Shown here piece after piece: positions 34,288-47,900 of a stretch of 64,000 nt of DNA (position 1 is the stretch's first letter; each line of letters starts with the position of its first letter). A model generated the notes under the pieces. That model was given only the letters and a program-made list of their open reading frames with translations, did no database searches and was not told where the DNA came from. The position numbers and the translations under genes were made by a program. The stretch is taken from positions 15,624,001 to 15,688,000 of the forward strand of contig CM060732.1 in the NCBI GenBank assembly GCA_030704615.1, written 5' to 3'. This DNA is from Takakia lepidozioides. Taxonomy: Eukaryota; Plantae; Bryophyta.

Positions 34288-34690
34288 GGGGGGTGCTATT
34301 CCGTGAGCCTGGAGGCGTGAGCCTGTGAGCCCAGGAAAGCGTGAGCCCAGCACAGGCTCACGCCACGTCAGCATGCAAACAGTGCCTATTTCCGCGGATG
34401 TCACCTATTTCCGAGTGGGGTCACCTATTTCCGCGGGTTGATGTGGGGAGAATTGAGAATTGAGAACAAAGTGGTTTGTTTGTTTTTGCAATGTACTCAA
34501 GTCTGTGAGGTCCACAAAACAACAAATATATTGAAGGAACAATCCGGGCAGTCCATGCAACCCCCATCTCCAACAATAGTTTGGAACCATGAATGTGAAT
34601 TCCATGCACACATTGCAAAGAGGACAATAAGGACACACAACCATCCCATTTCAAATTTGTCCCAGAATTAAACCAAAAGAATACTTCATA

Positions 34691-37600
34691 TCAAGTGTCG
34701 CAGTCATCACAATCAATGTCCACCTCCTGTGCTATGTCATCTACAAAGATTCTGGCCCCAACACCACGTGTTCTACGAAGGCCATCGCAAGGTGGACTCT
34801 GAGTGCCATGAACGGACATGCTTGCTGCGAGTGCCTCCGCATAGACAGGTAGCACACAAGACCGAGGAGGACTGAAAACAAGTCCAAATAGGTGTGATAG
34901 CCCAGGAGGGCAAGTGGAAGCACGCGGACTCCTACACATGTCCACAAAATTCCATTTTTAACACAATGATGCAATGCACAAGTCCAACGAAGAGGATGTC
35001 TCCCATTTGCACTTTGCCTCAAGAACAGCGATTCTCGATAATGAAACAACAATGCAAGCATGCACAGGTTCAACTTACTCACAGGCAAAGTCGGAGTCCA
35101 GCTCCTTGTCAGAAGTCTCCTCTGTACCAGTATCAGCGGGACGGGGCTTCGGAAGGACCTGAGAAGTGTGTCCACCCAAACCCATCAGGAGGTTCTTGTA
35201 AATCTCAGCATCCCCTTCAATCCCAAAGACATGTCGCGCACTGGCCTTGCAAGCGTGGTACGAAGCACCTGCAGTGGAATAGAATGAAGTAAGCAGACAT
35301 TGAAGACACATTCGGAACGGTGGAAAGTGCTGAAAGTGCAAGCTCAATCAAACCTCATGAAATGTGAATGTTGAAGGGACGAACCTGTGCCCATCGACAA
35401 ATCCAGAACTCTGGCGTCTGTGTAGGTGCAGCACTCCACAATCGTTTGAATGAAAGCCGGGCTCCTCTCCCTCGCCCCTCTCCAAGGAACCCCATTCCCC
35501 CTTCGCAAGCACACGTTGCTGTCGACGTAGTTGTGATGCATGTCATCCGTGGGAGGATCTGTCCTGTCATCTATGAACTTGCCCCCGTGAGTGATGGCAA
35601 ACTCCGTAATGCCGGCCGGAGTCGTTGGTGGATGCACCCGGACGAGACAAACAGCTTCAAACAGACGAGTCTGCGAACATGACATCCAGAAGGAACTAAG
35701 AACCAAAATAAAATCGGGCCCCTACATATGAGTTTGAGCGACCTACACAACACAATCCCAGAACAAAAAAGAAGAGGAAGAAGAAGGGAAACTCACCATC
35801 TCTCCCGGACGATCCCCCTTCGTAAGGTACATGCTGTTCACACAATTCCATGTCTTCAGGACTCTCATGCCCGAGGCTTTCAAATAGCTGGCAAGGGCAC
35901 GGCGACACCGAACATCGATGGACTGGATGAGAACCAAAACACCTGCATCGGAAAGGAAGAAGTTGCAAAAGGAAAAAACCCACCGCCAGTAGCGCTCATC
36001 AAATGCATTCCAACCCGGACAAGCACCCGATGGTGGGATATCCGGGACTGCCAACCCATCAGGGATGTCCAAGATGATGAGTTCCGCTGCATATGGCTTC
36101 TCCTTCCCGTTCACCCACGATTTGGTCATTTTAGCCTGCAAACAAAAATACAATGGAATTCTGACAAGTTTATAAACGATCCATGCCCACAGCAGACAAA
36201 GAGAGCAGAAGCCACAGAACCCAAAGAGAACACGCACCGTGCTGAGGAACTCGACAATCCTCTCCCACACTGGTGATGGCTCGCCCTTGTAATCAGATTT
36301 CTTCGACTCCATCATGGCAAGGAACCCGACGTTGGCAATCTCCAACCTGGTTGGACGAATGACCCTCGTGGGATGTTCCACTGCATGGTACGGGTCCTTG
36401 GGATCAACCACACCCTTGTTTTTTCTCCCGGATCCCCTACCATGCGGTGGAGTCTGCTGGACATGCTCCACAGGGCCAATAGCTGCAACACTTCCCTGCC
36501 CTTGTGCCACCTTCCCTCTACCCCTTCCCGTCCCCACAACACCAGCAACATCTTTTCCCTTTGCCTTTCTTCCTCTACCCGGGGTATCCTGAGCGGGAGG
36601 CTCCTTCTCTGCAAGAGTCCTCAGATTACGCTCATGAATGTCGAGGTCCGCTGCTGCGGCAGTGGCTGCAATACGGTCATTCTCTCTCCTCAAAGACAAC
36701 TCTACAGCTGGGGTCTCTGAAGGAGGGCAATCCAAATACCAACCACAAGAAGAAAGATGGTCCGGACCCCAGTCATGCAAGATCCCAGCAGTGAACATGG
36801 TCTGGTTGCCAGCAGGGACAAGCCAAAGGTCCACGAAATCTGGATGTTTGTCCAAGCAATTCTCTTCCAGGAGAACAAACTTAATGTACCTGCACGAACA
36901 GACACAGCCTCATTATCCAATGCACATATTGTGTCCCAGCTTTTTCAACACACCAGGAAGACCCCCTTAAACAGTATGCCACACAACACATTGCAACCAC
37001 AACACAAGCAAAGAGTGCAAGGGTGTGCACCTGTAAAGGCATCGTTTCCAGGCTTCCTCTCCTTTTTCCTGCTGGTCAAGCTCATTTGTTCGACTGATGC
37101 CACCCTCCTTGCTGAACTCTCTAAAGAAACCAGAGTGCCACACTGTGGCTCTCCATTTCCTCATGTATGCTTCGAAGGAGAGCTTCGGAGCTGTCATAGT
37201 GATGCCATAGTCAGCCAGCTGAGTATGCAGAACCGATCGGGCCCTTTCTTCCAACTGCAAAAAAATTGAAATGGAAGAATGAACCCAAAAACAGTCACAG
37301 CGAATGTAAGAGGCAATGGGAAGAGAAGGACAGGAAAAGAGAAAAGAAAGTGAGATACGAGAGGACATCACACCTGGCTCCAGTAAGTGGCCTTGTGAAG
37401 CCAGTTGTCCAGCACATTGTCACTGACAGGAACGACACGCTGGGTCTTCTTCTCCTTCTCTGGCCTTGGGAACATGTGGGTATCCCTAACTGTGGGATCG
37501 GAGTTCCATATCTGCAGCCACTTCACCTTCTGTTCAGAAGACACGACGGCGGTAGACAACCTGTGCAACTTCTCCTGGGCCATCTCCGGCTTGCCTGGCT

Positions 37601-40600
37601 TGTTATAATGGTTTTTTATCTCCAGCAGAAACTGCGGCCCGAATGATGGGTCGGCCATTCTCAACTGCTTCACAAAAGCACTCATTATTGTCCTTCTTGT
37701 AGCGTTCATCTCCTTCTGGATGTGACTTTCAACTCCCTTTGCTGTCCTTCTCTCCTCAGGGGTAGAGCTGTAGTATTCCAGTTTGCCACGCTCCCCTGCA
37801 TCTGCAATGTCTTGCTGCAAGGGAATGCAAGAGAGTTGCATCAATCCAAGGTCAAGGGAGACAGAGAGAAACAAACATGTGGAAGCAGGAATATGGAAAG
37901 GCCAGATGAAGGAAGATGTATCTCACCGTGTACATGTACTCCATGAAAGCCTCACGGGTCAACGAGTACCATGTTTCCGAAGTCTTGGAGCTTTCGCATT
38001 TCTTATACATCTCTGCCGAAAGGATGGTCTTGAAGTTGGTCAAGGGCATCTGCCCGATCCTTTGTATCCTATACAGTGTGTGAACCAGACTCGTTTTGAC
38101 ATGCGATGTCTCCGTCCCTCTGCAGAATGATATCTGAATTTCAGAATGTAATTCAAGGACTTCAATCAAGGAAGAACGGAACCAGAAGTGCAACGTGTAC
38201 AATGAGAAACCAACCTGTTCACATCATTCATTGCCGTCAGAAGACCCATCATGTTGTCGTCACAATCAAGCACCATCGATCGAACAGAGTAATGCCACTC
38301 TTCCTCCTGTGAGTGCAGCCTCCCAATGACAGCCATCCATGCAAGCAACCGGTGGTTGCCATCCCAAACGTGAAACATCTTCCCCGAGAATACCTGGGTG
38401 GAAGGTTTTCTGGAGAGAAGAAGTTCGAAGGATTCGTTCACCTGTCTCCAAATGGGGTCCCAGGAGTCGACGATTGACTCATCAACAAGGAGCTCGTTAC
38501 CTCTTGAATCCCTAGTAGAAACGTAAAAGACCGCGGATCCATCCAAATACCCATGAACAAACTCGGCCTCCAGCTTGAGAATGTCTTTGACAAGGGGTGG
38601 ACGAACGACGGGCATGGAAACCAACCTACACAGGGGAATCTTCAACCTCCCACCAGGAGCAAGCATACTTTGAACCACAAGCTGAGAGTTCACCTTTTGA
38701 CCCCCCAGCATCTCAGCGGCTTTGCTTTCATAAAACTCATCGTCAACATCATCTTTGGTCTCCTTCCCCTGACCCTGAGGGACCTCATCCGCCACACTTT
38801 GCATTTTCCCCTGCAAGGTTGTTCACTCAAATTCTTATAAGAGAGGAATGAAACGTCGACCGATGCATGGAAAAAGTGGGATAAAAAGGGAAGTGTTCTT
38901 TGAGCTGCCAGATAAGTGTTCATTGATCCTCACGGACATGCACTATGTTCCCGATTTACACAGGGAAAGAACATTGAAAAGTTCTGCTCAAATATCTGCC
39001 CATGAGGGCCGAAAGTTGCCCTTCCATATTCATATGTTCTGCCTACACAGTGTGCGGTTCCGCAGACTGTTTGAGCTGACAGTGAAGGGTTCATTTTATA
39101 CTCAAAAATGTGCCCATGAAGTCCAAATTTTGCACCCAGAAACATTGAAATGCTCAGCTCAAACAGTGTGCGTTGCCGCACACTGTCTGGCTGGCAGTGA
39201 AGGGTTCATTTCACCCTCACACGGGTGCCCATGAAGTCCAAATTTTGCACCCAGAAACATTGAAATGCTCAGCTCAAACAGTGTGCGTTGCCGCACACTG
39301 TCTGAGCTGGCAGTGAAGGGTTCATTTCACACTCACACAGGTGCCCCTGAAGTCCAAATTTTCACCCAGAAACATTGAAATGCTCAGCTCAAACAGTGTG
39401 CGTTGCCGCACACTGTCTGAGCTGGCAGTGAAGGGTTCATTTCACACTCACACAGGTGCCCCTGAAGTCCAAATTTTTCACCCAGAAACATTGAAATGCT
39501 CAGCTCAAACAGTGTGCGTTGCCGCACACTGTCTGGCTGGCAGTGAAGGTTTTTTCACACTCACACAGGTGCCCCTGAAGTCCAAATATTTCACCCAGAA
39601 ACATTGAAATGCTCAGCTCAAACAGTGTGCGTTGCCGCACACTGTCTGAGCTGGCAGTGAAGGGTTCATTTCACACTCACACAGGTGCCCCTGAAGTCCA
39701 AATTTTGCATCCAGAAACATTGAAATGCTCAGCTCAAACAGTGTGCGTTGCCGCACACTGTCTGAGCTGGCAGTGAAGGGTTCTTTTCACACTCACACAG
39801 GTGCCCCTGAAGTCCAAATATTTCACCAGAAACATTGAAATGCTCAGCTCAAACAGTGTGCGTTGCCGCACACTGTCTGAGCTGGCAGTGAAGGGTTCAT
39901 TTCACACTCACACAGGTGCCCCTGAAGTCCAATTTTTTGCATCCAGAAACATTGAAATGCTCAGCTCAAACAGTGTGCGTTGCCGCACACTGTCTGAGCT
40001 GGCAGTGAAGGGTTCTTTTCACTCACACAGGTGCCCCTGAAGTCCAAATTGCATCCAGAAACATTGAAATGCTCAGCTCAAACAGTGTGCGTTGCCGCAC
40101 ACTGTCTGAGCTGGCAGTGAAGGGTTCATTTCACACTCACACAGGTGCCCCTGAAGTCCAAATTTTGCATCCAGAAACATTGAAATGCTCAGCTCAAACA
40201 GTGTGCGTTGCCGCACACTGTCTGAGCTGGCAGTGAAGGGTTCTTTCACACTCACACAGGTGCCCCTGAAGTCCAATATTTCACCCAGAAACATTGAAAT
40301 GCTCAGCTCAAACAGTGTGCGTTGCCGCACACTGTCTGAGCTGGCAGTGAAGGGTTCTTTTCACACTCACACAGGTGCCCCTGAAGTCCAAATATTTCAC
40401 CCAGAACATTGAAATGCTCAGCTCAAACAGTGTGCGTTGCCGCACACTGTCTGAGCTGGCAGTGAAGGGTTCTTTTCACACTCACACAGGTGCCCCTGAA
40501 GTCCAAATTTTGCACCCAGAAACATTGAAATGCTCAGCTCAAACAGTGTGCGTTGCCGCACACTGTCTGAGCTGGCAGTGAAGGGTTCATTTCACACTCA

Positions 40601-43600
40601 CACAGGTGCCCCTGAAGTCCAATTTTGCACCCAGAAACATTGAAATGCTCAGCTCAAACAGTGTGCGTTGCCGCACTGTCTGGGCTGGCAGTGAAGGGTT
40701 CTTTCACACTCACACAGGTGCCCCTGAAGTCCAAATATTTCACCCAGAAACATTGAAATGCTCAGCTCAAACAGTGTGCGTTGCCGCACACTGTCTGAGC
40801 TGGCAGTGAAGGGTTCATTTCACACTCACACAGGTGCCCCTGAAGTCCAATTTTTGCATCCAGAAACATTGAAATGCTCAGCTCAAACAGTGTGCGTTGC
40901 CGCACACTGTCTGGGCTGGCAGTGAAGGGTTCTTTTCACACTCACACAGGTGCCCCTGAAGTCCAAATATTTCACCCAGAAACATTGAAATGCTCAGCTC
41001 AAACAGTGTGCGTTGCCGCACACTGTCTGAGCTGGCAGTGAAGGGTTCATTTCACACTCACACAGGTGCCCCTGAAGTCCAAATATTTCACCCAGAAACA
41101 TTGAAATGCTCAGCTCAAACAGTGTGCGTTGCCGCACACTGTCTGAGCTGGCAGTGAAGGGTTCATTTCACACTCACACAGGTGCCCCTGAAGTCCAAAT
41201 TTGCACCCAGAAACATTGAAATGCTCAGCTCAAACAGTGTGCGTTGCCGCACACTGTCTGAGCTGGCAGTGAAGGGTTCTTTTCACACTCACACAGGTGC
41301 CCCTGAAGTCCAATATTTCACCCAGAAACATTGAAATGCTCAGCTCAAACAGTGTGCGTTGCCGCACACTGTCTGAGCTGGCAGTGAAGGGTTCATTTCA
41401 CACTCACACAGGTGCCCCTGAAGTCCAAATTTTGCACCCAGAAACATTGAAATGCTCAGCTCAAACAGTGTGCGTTGCCGCACACTGTCTGGGCTGGCAG
41501 TGAAGGGTTCTTTTCACACTCACACAGGTGCCCCTGAAGTCCAAATATTTCACCCAGAAACATTGAAATGCTCAGCTCAAACAGTGTGCGTTGCCGCACA
41601 CTGTCTGAGCTGGCAGTGAAGGGTTCATTTCACACTCACACAGGTGCCCCTGAAGTCCAAATTTCACCCAGAAACATTGAAATGCTCAGCTCAAACAGTG
41701 TGCGTTGCCGCACACTGTCTGAGCTGGCAGTGAAGGGTTCATTTCACACTCACACAGGTGCCCCTGAAGTCCAAATATTTCACCCAGAAACATTGAAATG
41801 CTCAGCTCAAACAGTGTGCGTTGCCGCACACTGTCTGAGCTGGCAGTGAAGGGTTCTTTTCACACTCACACAGGTGCCCCTGAAGTCCAAATATTTCACC
41901 CAGAAACATTGAAATGCTCAGCTCAAACAGTGTGCGTTGCCGCACACTGTATGAGCTGGCAGTGAAGGGTTCTTTTTACACTCACACAGGTGCCCCTGAA
42001 GTCCAAATTTTGCATCCAGAAACATTGAAATGCTCAGCTCAAACAGTGTGCGTTGCCGCACACTGTCTGAGCTGGCAGTGAAGGGTTCATTTCACACTCA
42101 CACGGGTGCCCGTGAAGTCCAAATTTTGCACCCAGAAACATTGAAATGCTCAGCTCAAACAGTGTGCGTTGCCGCACACTGTCTGGGCTGGCAGTGAAGG
42201 GTTCTTTTCACACTCACACAGGTGCCCCTGAAGTCCAAATATTTCACCCAGAAACATTGAAATGCTCAGCTCAAACAGTGTGCGTTGCCGCACACTGTCT
42301 GAGCTGGCAGTGAAGGGTTCATTTCACACTCACACAGGTGCCCCTGAAGTCCAAATATTTCACCCAGAAACATTGAAATGCTCAGCTCAAACAGTGTGCG
42401 TTGCCGCACACTGTCTGAGCTGGCAGTGAAGGGTTCTTTTCACACTCACACAGGTGCCCCTGAAGTCCAAATTTGCACCCGAAACATTGAAATGCTCAGC
42501 TCAAACAGTGTGCGTTGCCGCACACTGTCTGAGCTGGCAGTGAAGGTTCATTTCACACTCACACAGGTGCCCCTGAAGTCCAAATTTTTGCACCCAGAAA
42601 CATTGAAATGCTCAGCTCAAACAGTGTGCGTTGCCGCACACTGTCTGAGCTGGCAGTGAAGGGTTCATTTCACACTCACACAGGTGCCCTGAAGTCCAAA
42701 TTTTGCACAGAAACATTGAAATGCTCAGCTCAAACAGTGTGCGTTGCCGCACACTGTCTGAGCTGGCAGTGAAGGGTTCTTTCACACTCACACAGGTGCC
42801 CCTGAAGTCCAATATTTCACCCAGAAACATTGAAATGCTCAGCTCAAACAGTGTGCGTTGCCGCACACTGTCTGAGCTGGCAGTGAAGGGTTCTTTTCAC
42901 ACTCACACAGGTGCCCCTGAAGTCCAAATATTTCACCCAGAAACATTGAAATGCTCAGCTCAAACAGTGTGCGTTGCCGCACACTGTATGAGCTGGCAGT
43001 GAAGGGTTCTTTTCACACTCACACAGGTGCCCCTGAAGTCCAAATTTTGCATCCAGAAACATTGAAATGCTCAGCTCAAACAGTGTGCGTTGCCGCACAC
43101 TGTCTGAGCTGGCAGTGAAGGGTTCATTTCACACTAACATAACAGACATCAGACCAAATTTTGAACCCTAAAACATTGAAAAGGTCTGCTCAAACATTGT
43201 GCGTTGCCGCACGCTGTTTGAGCTGGTTTTGAAGGGTTCATTTCAACCTCAGATAACAGACAGCAAAGACCAAATTTTGCACCCAGAAACACCGAAATGC
43301 CCAGCTCAAACAGTGTGCGTTGCCGCACACTGTCTGAGCTGGCAGTGAAGGGTTCATTTCACACTCACACAGGTGCCCCTGAAGTCCAAATTTTGCACCC
43401 ATAAACATTGAAATGCTCAGCTCAAACAGTGTGCGTTGCCGCACACTGTCTGGGCTGGCAGTGAAGGGTTCTTTTCACACTCACACAGGTGCCCCTGAAG
43501 TCCAAATTTTGCACCCAGAAACATTGAAATGCTCAGCTCAAACAGTGTGCGTTGCCGCACACTGTCTGGCTGGCAGTGAAGGGTTCGTTTCACCCTCACA

Positions 43601-43958
43601 TAACAGACATCAAGACAAAATTTTGCAAGACCAATGGTTCTTTCTTTCACAAATACCTGCCATTCAAAGCCGAATTCTTCACAAATATGGGTCGTGTGGA
43701 TTTTACCTTTTTCGTAGCTACTCGAGAAGACTCCCCAGTTGCCGGGGACGCTTTCCGCTTGGGGCTGCTCTCTTCGCCGACTATGTAGGTGAGCCTCTCC
43801 CCCTTCCTCTTTCCCGTGGTCAGATCGTTCGTGAGGCCAGTGTCAACATCTTCCTCCATGTCGTCTGTCTCTCCCTCAGACGCAGTGTCCTCCTCGCCTG
43901 TTCCTGGAACTATGGTGGGTTGTTGTTCTTCTCCAGATTCCTGCTCCTCCATCGCCAC
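34691..43958 (-). CDS. Multi-exon ParB/Srx-like + beta-class amino-MTase-fold protein (element B)
   Basis: KIPLCRLVSMPVVRP...GYLDGSAVFYVS...MFHVWDGNHRLLAW (38166-38816); EKLHRLSTA; CGWYLD; ELIILDIPDG...PGWN; RSPAFIQTIVECCTYTDARVLDLSMGTG; GASYHACKASARHVFGIEGDAEIY. The link to a putative acidic first exon (~43657-44010) across the satellite is uncertain because the phase does not fit without a 1-nt correction. Confidence 0.75.
39040..43625. repeat. Tandem satellite, ~115-116-bp unit, ~38 copies, each with an 18-bp-stem hairpin
   Basis: Unit GAAACATTGAAATGCTCAGCTCAAACAGTGTGCGTTGCCGCACACTGTCTGAGCTGGCAGTGAAGGGTTC... with period 115-116 (39254, 39369, 39485...). Stem CAGCTCAAACAGTGTGCG / CGCACACTGTCTGAGCTG. 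Confidence 0.95.
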
Positions 43959-44958
43959 ACTTTCCTGTATTCCCTTCTTCCTCCTTTTCCTCTTCCTCCA
44001 CTCTTTCCATCCTCATTCTATATCTAGCTCTATTCCTGTTTCTAGAACTCGTGAAGTATAATGACTTCCTTCTCTTTCTCCTCCGCTGGAAACAAGGGCT
44101 CCCCACGATGCCCCTGGAGCTCTCCAGTTTGACGTTTGCAACAAGTTCTGGTATCGCATGTAACAAAAATAAAAATGGACGTTGTCAACCGTATTTGGAT
44201 GCGGGTGTTGATATTGTGTGCGAACGGAATTCATCCATTTTGTCGTCTTTGTATTACCCAGCTAATAAAGCGCCGAAGAAAAAGAATATCCGTTGCATGC
44301 ATTTGCGATATATGTCAGATGTGCTTCGCCGCCTGCCAATACATGGCGGCCTCCTTGCCTTCTTTCAAATTCGAATGCGCCGTAGAAATGTAGTGCTTTT
44401 TCAATTCCGAGCAGTTCTTCCAGATTCGCAATAATTGTTATGCTTCACATATGCATCCACGTGTGTTGTGCTGCATGCCCTGTGGTTTTTTTTATGCCGT
44501 GACCGTCCCCATGGGGTCATTCGGTATAAAGGATTGTGTCGGATATGACCATGTGTTGCACACATTCGTGCGAGGTATCTCTTGAAGTGTCGGTGTTTGT
44601 TCTGTGCTATTCTGGCGCAACACAATCTCATTACAATCGGATCTTCCTGTTTACTGCTCTCCAGGGTTGTTGCCGTCATTTCATAATGGATGGTTTCATG
44701 TCAATTTCAGGGTTTGTTTTCCATCCAAAAACAGTACGGCTTCTTGTGGCTCTGGTCTTTCAAAACCGTTTTTCTGGTTGGTGGGAGGTGAATGTGCACG
44801 TCATCCCTACATCCTTGGCATGCATCGCCGGCAGCCTTGGTTTTGGTGCTACCCTTGTTGACCTCAGTTTGCTGGTGGTATTTCCACTTTCGATAATTAC
44901 GGGCTCTCAGTTCGGGGATTCCGTTCTGCATCGGCAGTTTCGTTCAGTGCTGGAAAAC

Positions 44959-47900
44959 ATGTCGAGGGAGCGAGATGCACTCGCTCGATTCCATTCCAAT
45001 GCAGGTACTCTTCCACTGACTGCCACTGCAGACGACGATGGGTATGCAGTTGTTCATGAGGATGAGCTGGTTACAGTGTTCCCGCTGGAGTTGGGTTCTC
45101 TGCTTGTTCAGAAAGAGGTGTATGACGAGGATGGGAATTTGGATTCTGGGCACTTGGAGAAACCCTTGGTTGGCGAGTGTGGAAGGAAGTGGAGAGTCCT
45201 TCCAGGAACATACCGTGTCCTTGGAAAAGAGAGAAGACAATCAGCAGGATCAGTCGTTACCCCTGGCACTGCAGCATCGGTCGTGCAACAGAAGGGCACA
45301 GTTCCTGTGAAACAAGAGGTGAGCACATCCACTACCTTCGTTACTCTTTCGGACTCGTCCTCGGAGGATGTTTCTGAGATTCCTCCGCCAGTGCAAACTC
45401 CCTTATTGGATGATGACGAATTGCGCGAGATAACAAGTGTCATTCCAAAATTGAAAGCCCTCGCAGGTGTGCCTGGGTGCAAGAGCGAGCTACGTTTTGT
45501 TGATTGGGAGTCCCTTCCAGTGCAACGTGTTCAATACGTGCCAGCTCAGTTTGATGGGGACATCTTGTTTGAGCTCAACCCTCCCACGTCTTCCAGTGGA
45601 CTGGCTGGGCTTCTGCAGGGCATGGACAAGAAACATGACGGACATCCTTGGTGCAGGACAAAAACTTCGAACATCCATAACGACATTGGCTTGAAATTTC
45701 GGAGGTCGGTTTGCGTTGGGCATTGCAAGTGCCTGAATATTTCTTGCCCTCGGCTGAGAAACAGCGCTCAGCCAAACGAAAGTGAGTGGGAAGGTGTGCC
45801 CCTGAATCCTTTCACCCCAGGGCTTGCACCTCCCAATACCAATACTTTTGTGTGCAGGTTCTGCAAACTTTCCCCGTCCTGTGTTTCTGTTTGCCACGCT
45901 CGTATGTATCAGGTGGCACATCGATGCAAGACAATGACTCGTGCCTGCATTCATATGGGTGCACACGAGCATCCTGTGTCCAAAGGGAGTTGCAGGGATA
46001 GCGTGGACATCGCTAGAAATCTACTGAAGCAAGAGTTCCATAATGCCCCTTCTGCAACACCTTCTGCTATAGCGCTTGCAGCTAGCAAGGCATTCCTGGA
46101 AAAACACATACTGGGTGAAGGGGATTCGACACAGCCAATGCTGGATGCAGATTCCCTTGAGGCAGTCATGGACCATTTCTCCGTGTTGAGCTCTCCCAAT
46201 ATTCGAAACCAGGTGAATGCACTCAGAATGGGCACAGGCACTGCTGGATTCATGGACAACATTATGGACCTCAAACGGAGGAGTCGCTATGAATTCATTC
46301 AAAACAGTATGTTCCCTGGCCAGGGCTCGTCCAAAGTGTATTTGTTCAAGATGTCCGCTGTGGGCCAAGGCAGTGGTGTGAGCATTGTCCGCCGAATGCA
46401 ACCTGGAGGAGATTTGGCTAAATGTTGGTTAATGTTTGATCACTGCAAACGGGTGAAGGGTTGGACAACCATGGCGTGCCATGTGTATGATCCAGCGTAC
46501 CAGCGTGTGCTCTCCATAGCAATTGTGATATGCAGTCGGAGGACACTGAATCCCAGATGCTCATGTGGAAGTCCCTCCTGACCGTCATGCAGCGCAATGG
46601 AATACAGAACACAAACTTTGCGGGCTTCATGGCTGATAGTGCACAGGCAAATTTCAATGCAGTGCGGCGCGTGTTTGGTTCTGGGGATCCTAAGGTCCCC
46701 ATGGAAAATAGGGAGCGCACATGCCTCTTCCATTGGAGTCAATCTCTGGCACGTCATACAAAGCGCTGCATTCGCCCTGACCTTCAGTTGGAGCATAGAA
46801 GGCTCTGTCTGAAGTACAAGAATGCCACCTCAATGGGAGAAGCAGAGAGCACTTACCAGGCAATCCGGGCTTGGTGGTTCTCCGCTGGTGCTGCTACAGG
46901 TATCCACCTGAAGGAGTTGGAGGACTGGTTGGTTTTCTGGCACTTCAGGTACAGACAGTGGGGAGCTTTCATGACGACGGTAAGCCTCACAAGTTTTCCT
47001 TAAACACAATTGCACTTTGCATCGTGCCTGTTCATTTGGGGTTGTTCGATTGTCACTTGAATAACCTCTACCATTTCTTTTCCTTCCTCACATTTCCATG
47101 CAATGCCTCCTGCAGGACATGTCCTTGGAGGACTTGGCCGACATGCCATCGTGTAATTTGGCAGAGACTGTTCACAACGCCTGGATGCAACAGTCTACCA
47201 AAGCAGGTCGTGACTTGTATGTGGCCACTGCTGATGACATGGTGCGGGCACTTACACAACAAACCAGGTACCGCAATTTTCTGATGGGACGGGGTGGGGG
47301 AAGGGCCCCGATTCGACTTTGTTGATGCTAAGGGCTGCGAGTAGGTCCGGAGACCCGTCAAAGATGGCCAGAGCTCTAAACAGGTGCACTGAAGGTTCCC
47401 CTCTGCAATCCAGGCTCCCCCATTTGGAAGGCGAGGAAAGATTTGGATCATGCAAAAGGAAATTAAACACTCTTCCAGGGTCAGATGAGATTCCCATAGG
47501 CCAGACAGGGTCAATTTCTCTGTGCCAAAGGTTCTCCATTGCAGACTAAGTCCTGTGCCGGCCCCTTCCCAGGTGGGTCCTCCTCCTGTGGAGCAGGTGC
47601 GGAACATGCCAGCATAGCAGCGGAAATCCCATTGGAGGAGGTGGTGGGCCATGGTGCAGGAATCTGATTGCATTGATAGTGACTGGCATATAGAACGCAC
47701 CCCACCAGGATCTAGAGTGGCTTGATGGCAATTCGGACCCCTCTTTCAAGAAATGCAAATCAAAAATATGCAAAGGCTCCAGGGACTCCAGCTCCAACAT
47801 TTCACAGGGTTGTTCCGACCTTATCATAGTGGGGAGTCAAAAGAGCACAAGTTTTGGTTCTGCCCAGACGATATGGCACGATGCGTGAAGGGAACAGTTC

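Noticed and set aside
39040-43625. CRISPR array or protein-coding repeat ORFs in the 116-bp satellite
   Set aside because: Whole units are identical (no unique spacers) and the unit length is not a stable multiple of 3, so the ORFs are by-products.
44536-44958. Hydrophobic N-terminal extension of element B's transposase ORF (also 14321-14524 in A)
   Set aside because: Not conserved between A and B. Homology begins near the ATGs at 44959 and 14525, so these are probably open 5' UTR sequence.
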